A stretch of 34,015 nucleotides of DNA from Nitrospirota bacterium. GTDB taxonomy: Bacteria; JACPQY01. Shown here piece after piece: positions 15,001-22,697 of the stretch (the first letter of the stretch is position 1; every line of letters starts with the position of its first letter). The notes under the pieces were generated by a model. It was not told the origin of the DNA. It was given only the letters and a program-made list of their open reading frames with translations, and did no database searches. The stretch lies in assembly GCA_016180645.1 (NCBI GenBank), contig JACPAV010000036.1, forward strand, positions 1 to 34,015. Reading direction: 5' to 3'. The position numbers and the translations under genes are program-made.

Positions 15001-17050
15001 TGTCCGGGGCGGTCAGATCCACCGTCCAAGTATGGGAGGCAGGCGTAGCGTCTGCGTTCCCGGCAGCATCGACGGCGCGCGTACTGAAGCTGTGAGACCC
15101 TTCTGCCAGCGAAGTGGGTGCTGTGAAGGGCGATGAGCAGGCGGCGTACGCGGCCGAGTCGAGCTTGCACTCGAATCTAGCTGTGGATTCCGGCGACGTG
15201 AAGGTGAACGAGGCCGTGGTGGAGTTGGTCGGGTCGGTCGGCTTGCTGGTGATGGAGGTATCCGGCGGGGTCAGATCGACGGTCCACGTGAAGGTCACGG
15301 GGGTTGGATCCTTGTTCCCGGTCTTGTCCACGGCGGCAACGGAGAAGGTGTGAGACCCTTCGACGGTGCTCAGGGTGACAGGGGACACGCAGGAGGAGAA
15401 GGCGGCAGAGTCGAGGGAGCACTGGAAGGAAACGGGCGCGGACGGATTGGAATCCGTCCCTACGAATTGGAACGTGGCGGAGGTTTGGTTGGTCAGGAGG
15501 GCGGGCAAGCCCGCCCCTACGAGGGATGTATCCGGAGGCGTCTTGTCGCAATCGGCCGGGCAGGAGGCCTCGGTCTCGCCCGCCTCGCACACCTTGTTGC
15601 CGCAGACAATGGCCGGAAGTACCGTGAATTTGATCTCCGCGGGCGTCAGGTCCTTGTTGCCGATGGCGTCAGCGGCCTGCACACGAAGCGTGTGGTCCCC
15701 AGGGCTCAGGGTTCGGGGATCAGGGGTCAGGGGAGAAGCGCAGGGGGCAAAAGAGGCGCCGTCCAGGGAGCAGCGGAAGGCGCAGAAATTTTCATTGCAC
15801 GTCAGGGTTAGGGTGATTTGTTCTCCGCTCTTGATTGACGCGCCACTCGCCACTGGCAACGCGCCACTCACCGCGCTCAGCGCGGTGTCGGGCGGCGTCA
15901 AATCGACCGGCTTCACCTCTACGAGTGTTTTCACCCCTTGATCGGCGAGCTCCTTTTGGAGATTCTGAGCGAAGGACGCGGAGACGGCCTGGGCTTGTTC
16001 CTCCGTAGGCTTCTGGGCCGGGTCCTGGGCAACCTGAAGGGCCTGTTGTATCCCTGCTTCCTTCGCGATCACGGCCAACTCCACCAATGTGGAGACTCCA
16101 TCGCCATCGACGTCGGGGAGAACCACGTCGTTCAAGGCGATAGGCGTTTCTTCGATTTCGATCTCGAAAGCAGGGGTCAGGGCTCCGGGATCAGGGGTCA
16201 GTCCGGAGTCCGGCCCGCCTTGCTGATCCCCGACCCCTGAACCCTGAACCCTTAACTTCACTGTGGTTTGGACTTCGATGAGGGTTGTGGTCGCGTCCGT
16301 CGCGGGCCGAACGCGGGTGGTCAGCGTGTACAAGCCATCGGATGCCAGGGCGATCGGCAGATAGAAAGTGATCTCCATGCCCAGCGCGAGCGCATCCTGC
16401 GCTTGCCGTTTCACGCACCCTCCGCAGCCATCCCTGGCGCTCCGGGTACGGTCAGCCGTCCTGGCACCATGATTCGTGAATCGTGAATCGTCAGGAGCGG
16501 CCGTACCTGCCGCATTGTCTTGCGCGTCACTCATCACGGACCACTCGCCACTTCTTCGGGGTGGGGCCCCCGGGAGTCCCTTTCCGCCGCCGATGGCCGC
16601 GCGGACGCCCGTCCGAACGCCGGCTCGAATCCCCGTGCGAACGCCGGCGCGCACGCCTTCGGCAACTACTTGATCGTTCCACAAGATGTCTGCCGCTAAT
16701 CCGTCTTCGACCACCGCGCGAACGCCATCCTGCTGACCGGCGCGTACCCCTTGCTCAGTCCCGGCGCGCACGCCCTGTTCTGTCTCGGCACGAATGCCGT
16801 CTGTTGCAATCGTCCGAACCCCTGCCCGCACGCCCGCACGCACGCCTTCAAGGAGCGCCGCCTGCTCCGGCGTAAGCGGAATGCCGACGATTACTTCGAT
16901 CGAATCGTCCGGAATGTGATGAGAAGATTTTTTCTTCTTGTTGGAGCAGGACGAAACAAGCAGAATCGTGAGTGAGGCGAGCAGCAACGCCCATGCGAAC
17001 CCCGAGACCCTCCACGGCCGTACGATCTGGCCCTCCATTGTAGACCTCAT
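12005..17050 (-). CDS. Giant surface lipoprotein C (~1681 aa): shared N-terminal domain, Ig-like repeats, Cys-rich repeat, FN3 domains, 14 YCF48/BNR-type blades (two 7-bladed propellers)
   Basis: VSSC lipobox; IPLTPEQAALLEGVRAG; LPDVDGDGVSTLVE; CGNKVCEAGETEASCPADC; 14x L..VHFPVDATTGYAVG..GTILKTTDSGATW; ATG at 17050 overlaps the upstream stop (ATGA). Confidence 0.92.
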   Translation of the reverse strand: MRSTMEGQIVRPWRVSGFAWALLLASLTILLVSSCSNKKKKSSHHIPDDSIEVIVGIPLTPEQAALLEGVRAGVRAGVRTIATDGIRAETEQGVRAGTEQGVRAGQQDGVRAVVEDGLAADILWNDQVVAEGVRAGVRTGIRAGVRTGVRAAIGGGKGLPGAPPRRSGEWSVMSDAQDNAAGTAAPDDSRFTNHGARTADRTRSARDGCGGCVKRQAQDALALGMEITFYLPIALASDGLYTLTTRVRPATDATTTLIEVQTTVKLRVQGSGVGDQQGGPDSGLTPDPGALTPAFEIEIEETPIALNDVVLPDVDGDGVSTLVELAVIAKEAGIQQALQVAQDPAQKPTEEQAQAVSASFAQNLQKELADQGVKTLVEVKPVDLTPPDTALSAVSGALPVASGASIKSGEQITLTLTCNENFCAFRCSLDGASFAPCASPLTPDPRTLSPGDHTLRVQAADAIGNKDLTPAEIKFTVLPAIVCGNKVCEAGETEASCPADCDKTPPDTSLVGAGLPALLTNQTSATFQFVGTDSNPSAPVSFQCSLDSAAFSSCVSPVTLSTVEGSHTFSVAAVDKTGNKDPTPVTFTWTVDLTPPDTSITSKPTDPTNSTTASFTFTSPESTARFECKLDSAAYAACSSPFTAPTSLAEGSHSFSTRAVDAAGNADATPASHTWTVDLTAPDTSITAQPPNPTNTTSASFSFSAPDSGATFECEIDSGGYSACASPKVYSGLMAGSRTFQVRSKDAAGNTDASPASTAWTIDIGAPVAGTVTPANTATATHVDGSFDLSAAFSDSGSSITSCQYCKSTDGACDTEWAAAAFSSGTCSKTAIACANGETLTLNMAATDAAGNTGGGVAVTRTCDTAAPATGTVNDGTGADVSSQSSTTTMNVNWSGFSDAGSGLQRYDYNLSTTTACAGNIVATTDVALVTSKTTTSLSLVASTTYYNCVRAVDTLGQIAAWTASNGVTVVVDTTPPTFSGASSAASASATRINLTWTAATDAVSASAAIIYRICQSTTTGTCQTTFTTTYTTAAGAVSYGVDSLTTGTTYYFVVRAVDEAGNVETNTVQVSAAPVAPPTCPAGSWAEVQRKPTGMTLYGTHFVNNLTGYSVGDRGMILKTTDGGATWAVTCGASGTINRLYAVHFPVDATTGYAVGNTGTILKTTDSGAIWTAQTSGVTNNLYGVHFPVDATTGYAVGSSGTILKTTNSGATWTAQTSGTTNFLEGVHFPVDATTGYAIGGSGTILKTTNSGATWTAQTSGTTMPIYSVHFPVDATTGYAVTLSTSCGWACTNPSKVLKTTDGGTNWSAQDSPNTTTDFYTVRFVGGTTTGYIAGTGGKIYKTTDSGATWAAQTSGTTSDLWSANFPVDATTGYIVGVDGTALKTTNGGTSWADQTAGTGKILYAVHFPVSATGYAVGASGTIIKTTDSGGTWAAQSSGITTDLYDMHFPVDTTTGWAVGASGKVLKTTDGGTGWTDQSPAISNTLYGVHFLDTTAGWFVGSSGALYKTTNGGASWVSKSSGTSNQLNAIQFATSTSAFAVGVSGTIIRTTNSGNVWQTQTSGTTNLLRAIHFPVDATTGYVVGDSGTILKTSDGGTAWSSQTSGTTSAIYGVYFINANTGYVVGASGTILKTTDGGGNWISQTSGTTVLLRGVQFPGNGSTGYAVGESGTVLKTTTGGQ
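13205..13625 (-). repeat. Near-identical 126-bp (42-aa) propeller-blade repeats
   Basis: ggtttgggccgtccag recurs at 13271, 13397 and 13523. Confidence 0.85.
15440..15463 (-). repeat. GTAG-type REP hairpin in frame (VGTDSNPS)
   Basis: ggacggattggaatccgtccctac is 21/24 identical to the intergenic REP at 10260-10283, including one compensatory stem change. Confidence 0.8.
16171..16256. repeat. Two inverted 7-bp arrays (CAGGGGT-type / CTGAnCC-type) in frame; related arrays at 15700-15734 and 16467-16555
   Basis: caggggt cagggct ccgggat caggggt cag ... ctgatcc ccgaccc ctgaacc ctgaacc; encodes VQGSGVGDQ...LTPDPGALTP. Confidence 0.75.
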
Positions 17051-17307
17051 ATTATCCACCCCGCCGTTAGGAAATCAAACCAGTCGCCAAGATTCGGTGC
17101 AGTGAGTCTGACGCCCGCGAAGAAGGCCATGAAGGAGTAGAGCACCAGTTTCCCGAACAAGCGTATTTGCTTCTTCGTTTCCGCGGTCTTCTCCGGGTTT
17201 TTCTCAGGATGCGCGGGGCCGCCCTGATTGTTCTCAGGCGCACCGCGGACCTTGCCCGTTCCTCGGTCGGCTGTTCGATTCTTGATTGTCTTGCTCGACT
17301 CTCCCAT
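17047..17307 (-). CDS. Small (86 aa) putative membrane protein, first gene of the sigma54 operon
   Basis: MGESSKT...LFGKLVLYSFMAFFAGVRL...GWII; starts at the predicted sigma54 transcription start; its stop overlaps the ATG of lipoprotein C. Confidence 0.6.
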   Translation of the reverse strand: MGESSKTIKNRTADRGTGKVRGAPENNQGGPAHPEKNPEKTAETKKQIRLFGKLVLYSFMAFFAGVRLTAPNLGDWFDFLTAGWII

Positions 17308-17319
17308 GCCCTTGTTGTG

Positions 17320-17336
17320 AGCAAGGCCGGTGCCAA
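17320..17336 (-). promoter_or_regulatory. sigma54 (-24/-12) promoter
   Basis: TTGGCACCGGCCTTGCT is a perfect TGGCAC-N5-TTGC; it faces away from a GAFTGA-containing activator gene; AT-rich tract at 17361-17386. Confidence 0.88.
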
Positions 17337-17414
17337 CAGAGTGCCCGGTTGAGATCGTGTAGATTATATAGTTATATACGATAGATGGGCATAGAGACGC
17401 ACGAATGTCCTCAA

Positions 17415-17443
17415 TGGACAATCCAAGCAGATTGATGTAAGGT
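17415..17443 (+). promoter_or_regulatory. Possible sigma70 promoter of the activator gene, overlapping a TGTCC-N5-GGACA palindrome (17406-17420)
   Basis: TGGACA-N17-TAAGGT, 12 nt before the ATG at 17456. Confidence 0.4.
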
Positions 17444-17455
17444 GCAGCAAGTTTG

Positions 17456-20400
17456 ATGCACGATACATCAACCCTATTGGGCCGGTTCGAAATAAGACAG
17501 GAGCTTGGCCAGGGCAGTTGCGGCAGGGTGTATCGCGCCTTCGACGCTTCTCTTGGGCGAGAGGTCGCCGTGAAAGAGTTTTTCGATTCATCGGCGACGT
17601 TTGCTCACGAACTGGAGATCCTCTCCAAGATGGACCACCCGAACTTGGTGAAAGTTTTCGACCTCGCCGTGGACGAAAAGACCGGCGTCCACTACCTGAT
17701 TGAAGAGCTGATTCCCGGGACGCCAATGGATCTTTTCCTGCGCGAATCGGACGGATCTGCGCGGCTCGATGTTTTCGCCCAGCTTCTGCGCGGTCTTGAG
17801 TATTTGCACCAACGCGGGGTGATTCACCTCGACATCAAGCCGTCGAATGTCCTGGTGACGACGGAAGACCGAAGAGCGAACGGAAAGGTGCAAGCCAAGA
17901 TTCTGGATTTCGGGATTGCGGAGGAGGTGAAAAAGTTCAAGCCGCAGGGATCGTTTTCGGGGACGTTTCCGTATGTGGCTCCGGAGATGATTCGGGGAGA
18001 CGTGATCGACGGCCGCGCGGACCTATACTCGCTCGGCATGTTGTTTCATGACGTCTGCTCGCGGGTCTCGAAGCCGCACGATTCTTTATCCACTCAGCAA
18101 TGGATAAGAGCCACGTTGGACCGCAAGGCGCCGACCGTCAACGAATTCCAGGCAGACGTGCCGCCGCCGTTGCGCGAGATCCTCATCCGACTCCTGGACC
18201 CCGACCCACAATTTCGCTTCCGTTCGGCCAACCAAGTGATCCGCATTTTGAACCGGACGATGAAAACCGCTTTCCCGGTCGAGCCCGGCCGCCTGCGGCT
18301 CCCGGATTTGCCCACGACCCTTCTCACGGGCCGGCAGGCCGACTTCTCCATCCTTCAGAGGGCATACGAGACGTTCGACGCTGGCCAACGCACGTCGTAT
18401 GTCGCCGCGCTCTTGGGCGAACGCGAGCATGGGAAGTCGGCCCTCTGCCGAGGCTTCGTCCGATGGGCCAGGATGCGCGATCTAACCGCCCTCGATCTCA
18501 CGAACCCGAACGAGGGCGTTGGTGAGCTGTTGGACCGAATGATCCCCCCGGGAGAGGAGCGGACGTTCGAAACTCAGGGGACCTTCCTAAAACAGGTTTT
18601 ACCCGAACGGTTCAAGCATGCGCCGGACTTGGAGTCTCTGGAGACCGACCCCCGGCTGGAACAATCCCGACTTCGAGACAAACTCGCGGAGACATTCGGC
18701 CGTGCCCTGCGCGGGAGAACCATTCTTCTCGTGCTCGACGACATCGAAGGGCGAGGCGAGATTACGCAATTCCTTGCGCACTACCTGCTGCACTACGGGT
18801 CAAAACCTTCGGTGGGCGCCGCGGAAGGGAGGCTGTTCATCCTGCTCTCCGCGAGGAGTCCCGTCGAGGTTCCGCACGGGATCCAAGTCGATCGTCTGAT
18901 CGATCTCAAGTCGTGGGGACCGGAGGATCTCATGCGCATTCTCCCTTCTCTTTTGTTGGTTGAAATTGTACCGGAGGAGCTGGCGCGGATAATCTGGGAG
19001 AGGACCGAAGGGGTGCCGGGCCGCGTGGTGGAGGCGTTGCGGTCCCTGACCGAAACCGTTTTTCGTCCCGACGTGGACCTTCAGGCGCAGCTTGACGCGT
19101 TGACGGGGCGTGACCTTCAGGCCATCACGGGCACGCTCACCATGGGGGCCGAGCGGCTCGCAGCACTGGACGAGTCGGAACGCCGGATTCTTCAGTGGTT
19201 GTGCGTCGCCCCTGTGGAGCTGTCGGCGGACGACTTCGGCCGATTGGACCCCATCCTGAAAATCGGGACGGCGATGGCGCTCAGGCGACTCCAGGACATG
19301 GGTTGGATCGTCCCGCTCCGCAGTGGATTTCGTCCGGCAAGTGCCGTCCGGCGGGAGGCGGTTGAATCGGACATGCGACCGGAAATCCGACGAGCCCTGC
19401 ACCTCAGGTTGGGTGAAGTGATGGAGACAAGCCATCCGCGTTCCCCCTTGGAGCGCGCGGGCGAATTTTTCAGAGCGGGCGACGCCCAGCGAGCTTTCCT
19501 TACGGCTCAGGCCGAACTCCAAACCATGCTCCGACTCAGCCAGCCGGCCAGGGTCGCGCATTTCCTCGAGTTCCATCGCTCTCACGCCGACTCGCTCCTC
19601 AAAGATCAGCGCCGGACGTTCGAGAGGCTCTTGGCCGAAGCTTATCTCGCTTCGGGTGAATTTCTCAAGGCGGCGACGATTCTGGAGGAGATCTTGAAGG
19701 AAGCATCCGGCATGGACAGCGCGGTACGAATTCTCCTCGTGCGCGCGTATCGGTACGGGGGGCGCATGGATGACGCGAAGCGAACGATCGAAGAATCCCG
19801 GGCAGGGGGAACCGCGGATGGTAAGGCGGCGGTACTCCTGGATGCCCTCCTCGCGGACGTCCTGTTGGAGCAGGGGCAGTTTGAGCAGGCGGCGGCGCTG
19901 GCCGACCGCTATCTGTCTGAGGGCTGCCGCTACGAGGCGGACGAGCAGGTCGCGTTCCGCCACGTAAAAGCGAAATCACACTTCTACCGAGGCGAAACAG
20001 ACCAGGCTATCTTGCTGTTCAAGCAAAACGCCGCGGAAACGGACAAGGCGGGCGGCAAGCTCGCCCAGCGGGCACTTTCTTTAAATTCTCTCGCCACGGC
20101 GTACCTCGACCAAGGGCGTGTAGACGAGAGTCTTCAACTCCTCCACTCCAGTGCCGAGATCGCCCAGCAGATCGGCGATCTGCGGACTCTGGCGCTTTCT
20201 CAGGTGAACCTCGGGCTCGGCTACTCCGAAAAGGGCGACACGCTTCAGGCGGCCCAATACTACGAGAAAGGACTGGCAACCCTTCGGAAGATCGGGGATC
20301 AGGCCAACGAAGCGAGGACGCTTTACAACATGGGCGTGCTCCACATCCAGAGCGGCGATCTCGTCTCGGCCGAGGACGCTTTTGAGGAAGCCCTCGAACT

Positions 20401-22648
20401 CGCCCGGACTCTGAACCTGGCCCATCTCGAAGTAACCGTTCGGTTGCAGAGGGCGGAGTGCTACCTCCGAAAAAACGCTTTGAAAAAAGCTTTGGCGGAG
20501 TGCGAGAGAGCGGAGAGTCTCGCGCGGTCCCTCGGAGCCGGGCAGGAGGCGCTGCTCGGCCGGTTCAAAAAGCTTGACATCCGATTGAGTCTGGAACCAC
20601 CGGCCGTTCTGGAACCGGATCTAAATGCTGCGGTCGAGGAAATGAGCAGAACGCCCCACCCGGAACTCGAGGCGTGGGCGCTTTATCTGCGCGGCCGGCT
20701 CCAGGAGCCATCCGGTCCGGCAGCCGCGATTCAGACATTCGAGAAGGCCCTGAAAAAATGGGGCGAGTCGGGCACGGCCGACCCGGCGCTCCGGCAAAAG
20801 ATCGAATGGCGCCTGGCGGATTTGAAGGGGGCGAAAGGCCGAGCGCCTGAGATTTCCGTGGAACCTGCCGCCCGGCGGCTGGAAGGCGAAACCAAGCGGG
20901 AGCGGATGCAGCCGGCGCAGGCCGACCCTGCCCGCGCGCAGGATGCGCAAGCGGTGCAGGCAGCGACCAGGACGGTCGACTCTTCCGATGTCGTCTCTCT
21001 TCTGGAGATTGCGAGGAAAATGAACACAGCCCTGGATACCGGCGAAGTCTTGGTGGACATCCTGGATGCGCTCCTCAAGTTTACGGACGCAGATCGAGGG
21101 TTCCTGCTCCTCCGGGAGAACGACCGGTTGCAGGTGCGCGTCTCACGCGCGCGCGGAGGGACCGAGGTGTTCGGCGCCGACCACAGCTTCAGCCTCACGG
21201 TGGCCGAGGAAGCCTTGCAAAGGGGGAAGCCCGTGATCACGTTCGATGCCTACGATGACCCCCGATTCAAAGACTCCGCCAGCATTTACCAGCTTCAGCT
21301 TCGCTCGATCCTGTGCGTGCCGCTATTTCTGAGAGGCGAGCCGCTGGGCGCTCTCTACCTGGACAGCCGCGCCCAACCCGGCCGGTTCGGAGAAAAACAT
21401 ATTCCCGTTCTCACGGCCCTGAGCGACCTGGCTGCAACGGTGATCTACAAAGCGCAGCTTATCGCACAAAACATCCAAGATCAGCGGCAGCTTCGGCGGG
21501 TGGTTCGGGAGCTGAAGGAATCGAAAGAAAACATTGAAACCTTGAACGAGGAACTCACGGCGTCCAATTCGAACTTGCAAGCCCTCCTCGCGGAGAAGGA
21601 GCAGCAAATCGAGGTGGTTCAGGAACGGTTCAGCGCGCTCATTCAGGAAGAGGAACCGAAGTACCGATACGATCGCTTGGTCGGGACCAGCCGGGTGTGG
21701 CGGAAGTTGCTTCTCGTGGTGGACCGGGCGGTGGAGAGCCGCGTGGCGGTCCTGATCCTGGGGGAAAGCGGCACGGGCAAGGAGCTCATCGCGCGAGCCA
21801 TCCATTTCAATTCGGTTCGGAAGGACAAAACCTTCGTGCCGGTCAATTGCGCCGCGATCCCGCCCGATCTGTTCGAAGCGGAACTCTTCGGTCACGTAAA
21901 GGGGGCTTTCACGGGGGCGGACCGCGACAAACCGGGGCTGTTCGAAGTCGCCCATGAGGGGACGCTCTTCTTGGACGAAATCGGGGATCTGCCGCTGCCC
22001 GTTCAGGCGAAACTTCTTCGCACCTTGCAAGACGGCGTGGTGCGGCGGCTGGGAAGCACGCGGGAGGCGAAAGTGGACGCGCGCATCCTTGCAGCCACCC
22101 ACCAGGATTTGAAGGCTCGGATCAAGGAAAAAACATTCCGGGAGGACCTATTTTTCAGACTGAATGTGTTCGAGATCACGGTGCCTCCCTTGCGCGAACG
22201 GATCGAAGACATCCCCCTGCTCGCGGGCACCTTCCTTGACCAGATCGCCGGTGAAGAGGCGAAGCCCAGGAAAGAGCTCTCCTCTCAAACGATCCGGCAA
22301 CTTCAGGGCTATTCCTGGCCCGGCAATGTGCGCGAGCTGGATAATGTCGTAAGGAGGGCCTATCTGGTCACACCGGGTCCGGAGATCAAGATTGATCTTC
22401 CGAAACAGGAGGAGAAGGCGGACGGAGGAGTAAAATCCGAACTCCAGCCAAGCGGGCGGCCCCTATGGGAAACCATGAGCCATCTGAAGAAGCGGATGAT
22501 TGAAGCCGCCTTGAAAACGACGGGCGGAAATATCTCCGCCGCGGCGAGAGAGCTTCAGGTGGATAGGACCCGGCTGGCCGCGTGGATCAAAACCTACAGG
22601 CTGAAGCCATCGGGCCAAGGTCAACGCGCCCGCAAGAGAGGCGGCTGA
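17456..22648 (+). CDS. Ser/Thr kinase - STAND-type NTPase - TPR - GAF - coiled coil - sigma54 AAA+ activator - Fis-type HTH
   Basis: LGQGSCGRVY/VAVK/HLDIKPSN/DFG/APE; GEREHGKS, LLVLDD, TEGVP; TPR-like helices; RSILCVPL...LGALYLD; GESGTGKE, GAFTGA, LFLDEIG, WPGNVREL; GNISAAARELQV. Alternative TTG start at 17453. Confidence 0.93.
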   Translation: MHDTSTLLGRFEIRQELGQGSCGRVYRAFDASLGREVAVKEFFDSSATFAHELEILSKMDHPNLVKVFDLAVDEKTGVHYLIEELIPGTPMDLFLRESDGSARLDVFAQLLRGLEYLHQRGVIHLDIKPSNVLVTTEDRRANGKVQAKILDFGIAEEVKKFKPQGSFSGTFPYVAPEMIRGDVIDGRADLYSLGMLFHDVCSRVSKPHDSLSTQQWIRATLDRKAPTVNEFQADVPPPLREILIRLLDPDPQFRFRSANQVIRILNRTMKTAFPVEPGRLRLPDLPTTLLTGRQADFSILQRAYETFDAGQRTSYVAALLGEREHGKSALCRGFVRWARMRDLTALDLTNPNEGVGELLDRMIPPGEERTFETQGTFLKQVLPERFKHAPDLESLETDPRLEQSRLRDKLAETFGRALRGRTILLVLDDIEGRGEITQFLAHYLLHYGSKPSVGAAEGRLFILLSARSPVEVPHGIQVDRLIDLKSWGPEDLMRILPSLLLVEIVPEELARIIWERTEGVPGRVVEALRSLTETVFRPDVDLQAQLDALTGRDLQAITGTLTMGAERLAALDESERRILQWLCVAPVELSADDFGRLDPILKIGTAMALRRLQDMGWIVPLRSGFRPASAVRREAVESDMRPEIRRALHLRLGEVMETSHPRSPLERAGEFFRAGDAQRAFLTAQAELQTMLRLSQPARVAHFLEFHRSHADSLLKDQRRTFERLLAEAYLASGEFLKAATILEEILKEASGMDSAVRILLVRAYRYGGRMDDAKRTIEESRAGGTADGKAAVLLDALLADVLLEQGQFEQAAALADRYLSEGCRYEADEQVAFRHVKAKSHFYRGETDQAILLFKQNAAETDKAGGKLAQRALSLNSLATAYLDQGRVDESLQLLHSSAEIAQQIGDLRTLALSQVNLGLGYSEKGDTLQAAQYYEKGLATLRKIGDQANEARTLYNMGVLHIQSGDLVSAEDAFEEALELARTLNLAHLEVTVRLQRAECYLRKNALKKALAECERAESLARSLGAGQEALLGRFKKLDIRLSLEPPAVLEPDLNAAVEEMSRTPHPELEAWALYLRGRLQEPSGPAAAIQTFEKALKKWGESGTADPALRQKIEWRLADLKGAKGRAPEISVEPAARRLEGETKRERMQPAQADPARAQDAQAVQAATRTVDSSDVVSLLEIARKMNTALDTGEVLVDILDALLKFTDADRGFLLLRENDRLQVRVSRARGGTEVFGADHSFSLTVAEEALQRGKPVITFDAYDDPRFKDSASIYQLQLRSILCVPLFLRGEPLGALYLDSRAQPGRFGEKHIPVLTALSDLAATVIYKAQLIAQNIQDQRQLRRVVRELKESKENIETLNEELTASNSNLQALLAEKEQQIEVVQERFSALIQEEEPKYRYDRLVGTSRVWRKLLLVVDRAVESRVAVLILGESGTGKELIARAIHFNSVRKDKTFVPVNCAAIPPDLFEAELFGHVKGAFTGADRDKPGLFEVAHEGTLFLDEIGDLPLPVQAKLLRTLQDGVVRRLGSTREAKVDARILAATHQDLKARIKEKTFREDLFFRLNVFEITVPPLRERIEDIPLLAGTFLDQIAGEEAKPRKELSSQTIRQLQGYSWPGNVRELDNVVRRAYLVTPGPEIKIDLPKQEEKADGGVKSELQPSGRPLWETMSHLKKRMIEAALKTTGGNISAAARELQVDRTRLAAWIKTYRLKPSGQGQRARKRGG

Positions 22649-22668
22649 AATAAGGACGAATCTCCTAC

Positions 22669-22697
22669 AATTCCGACTATCGCGCATTAGCGAAACT
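22669..22697 (+). other. dif/Xer-like candidate recombination site
   Basis: AATTCCGACTA-TCGCGCA-TTAGCGAAACT (11-7-11); shares CGAC.A and TTAGCG with the inverted site at 23973-24000. Confidence 0.4.

Noticed and set aside
12740-15941. Long overlapping ORFs (12740..13759 +, 12762..14168 -, 13781..14629 +, 14430..15170 - and others)
   Set aside because: Off-frame or antisense shadows of lipoprotein C.
18800-22102. 387-aa and 259-aa minus-strand ORFs
   Set aside because: Antisense to the well-supported kinase-activator gene.
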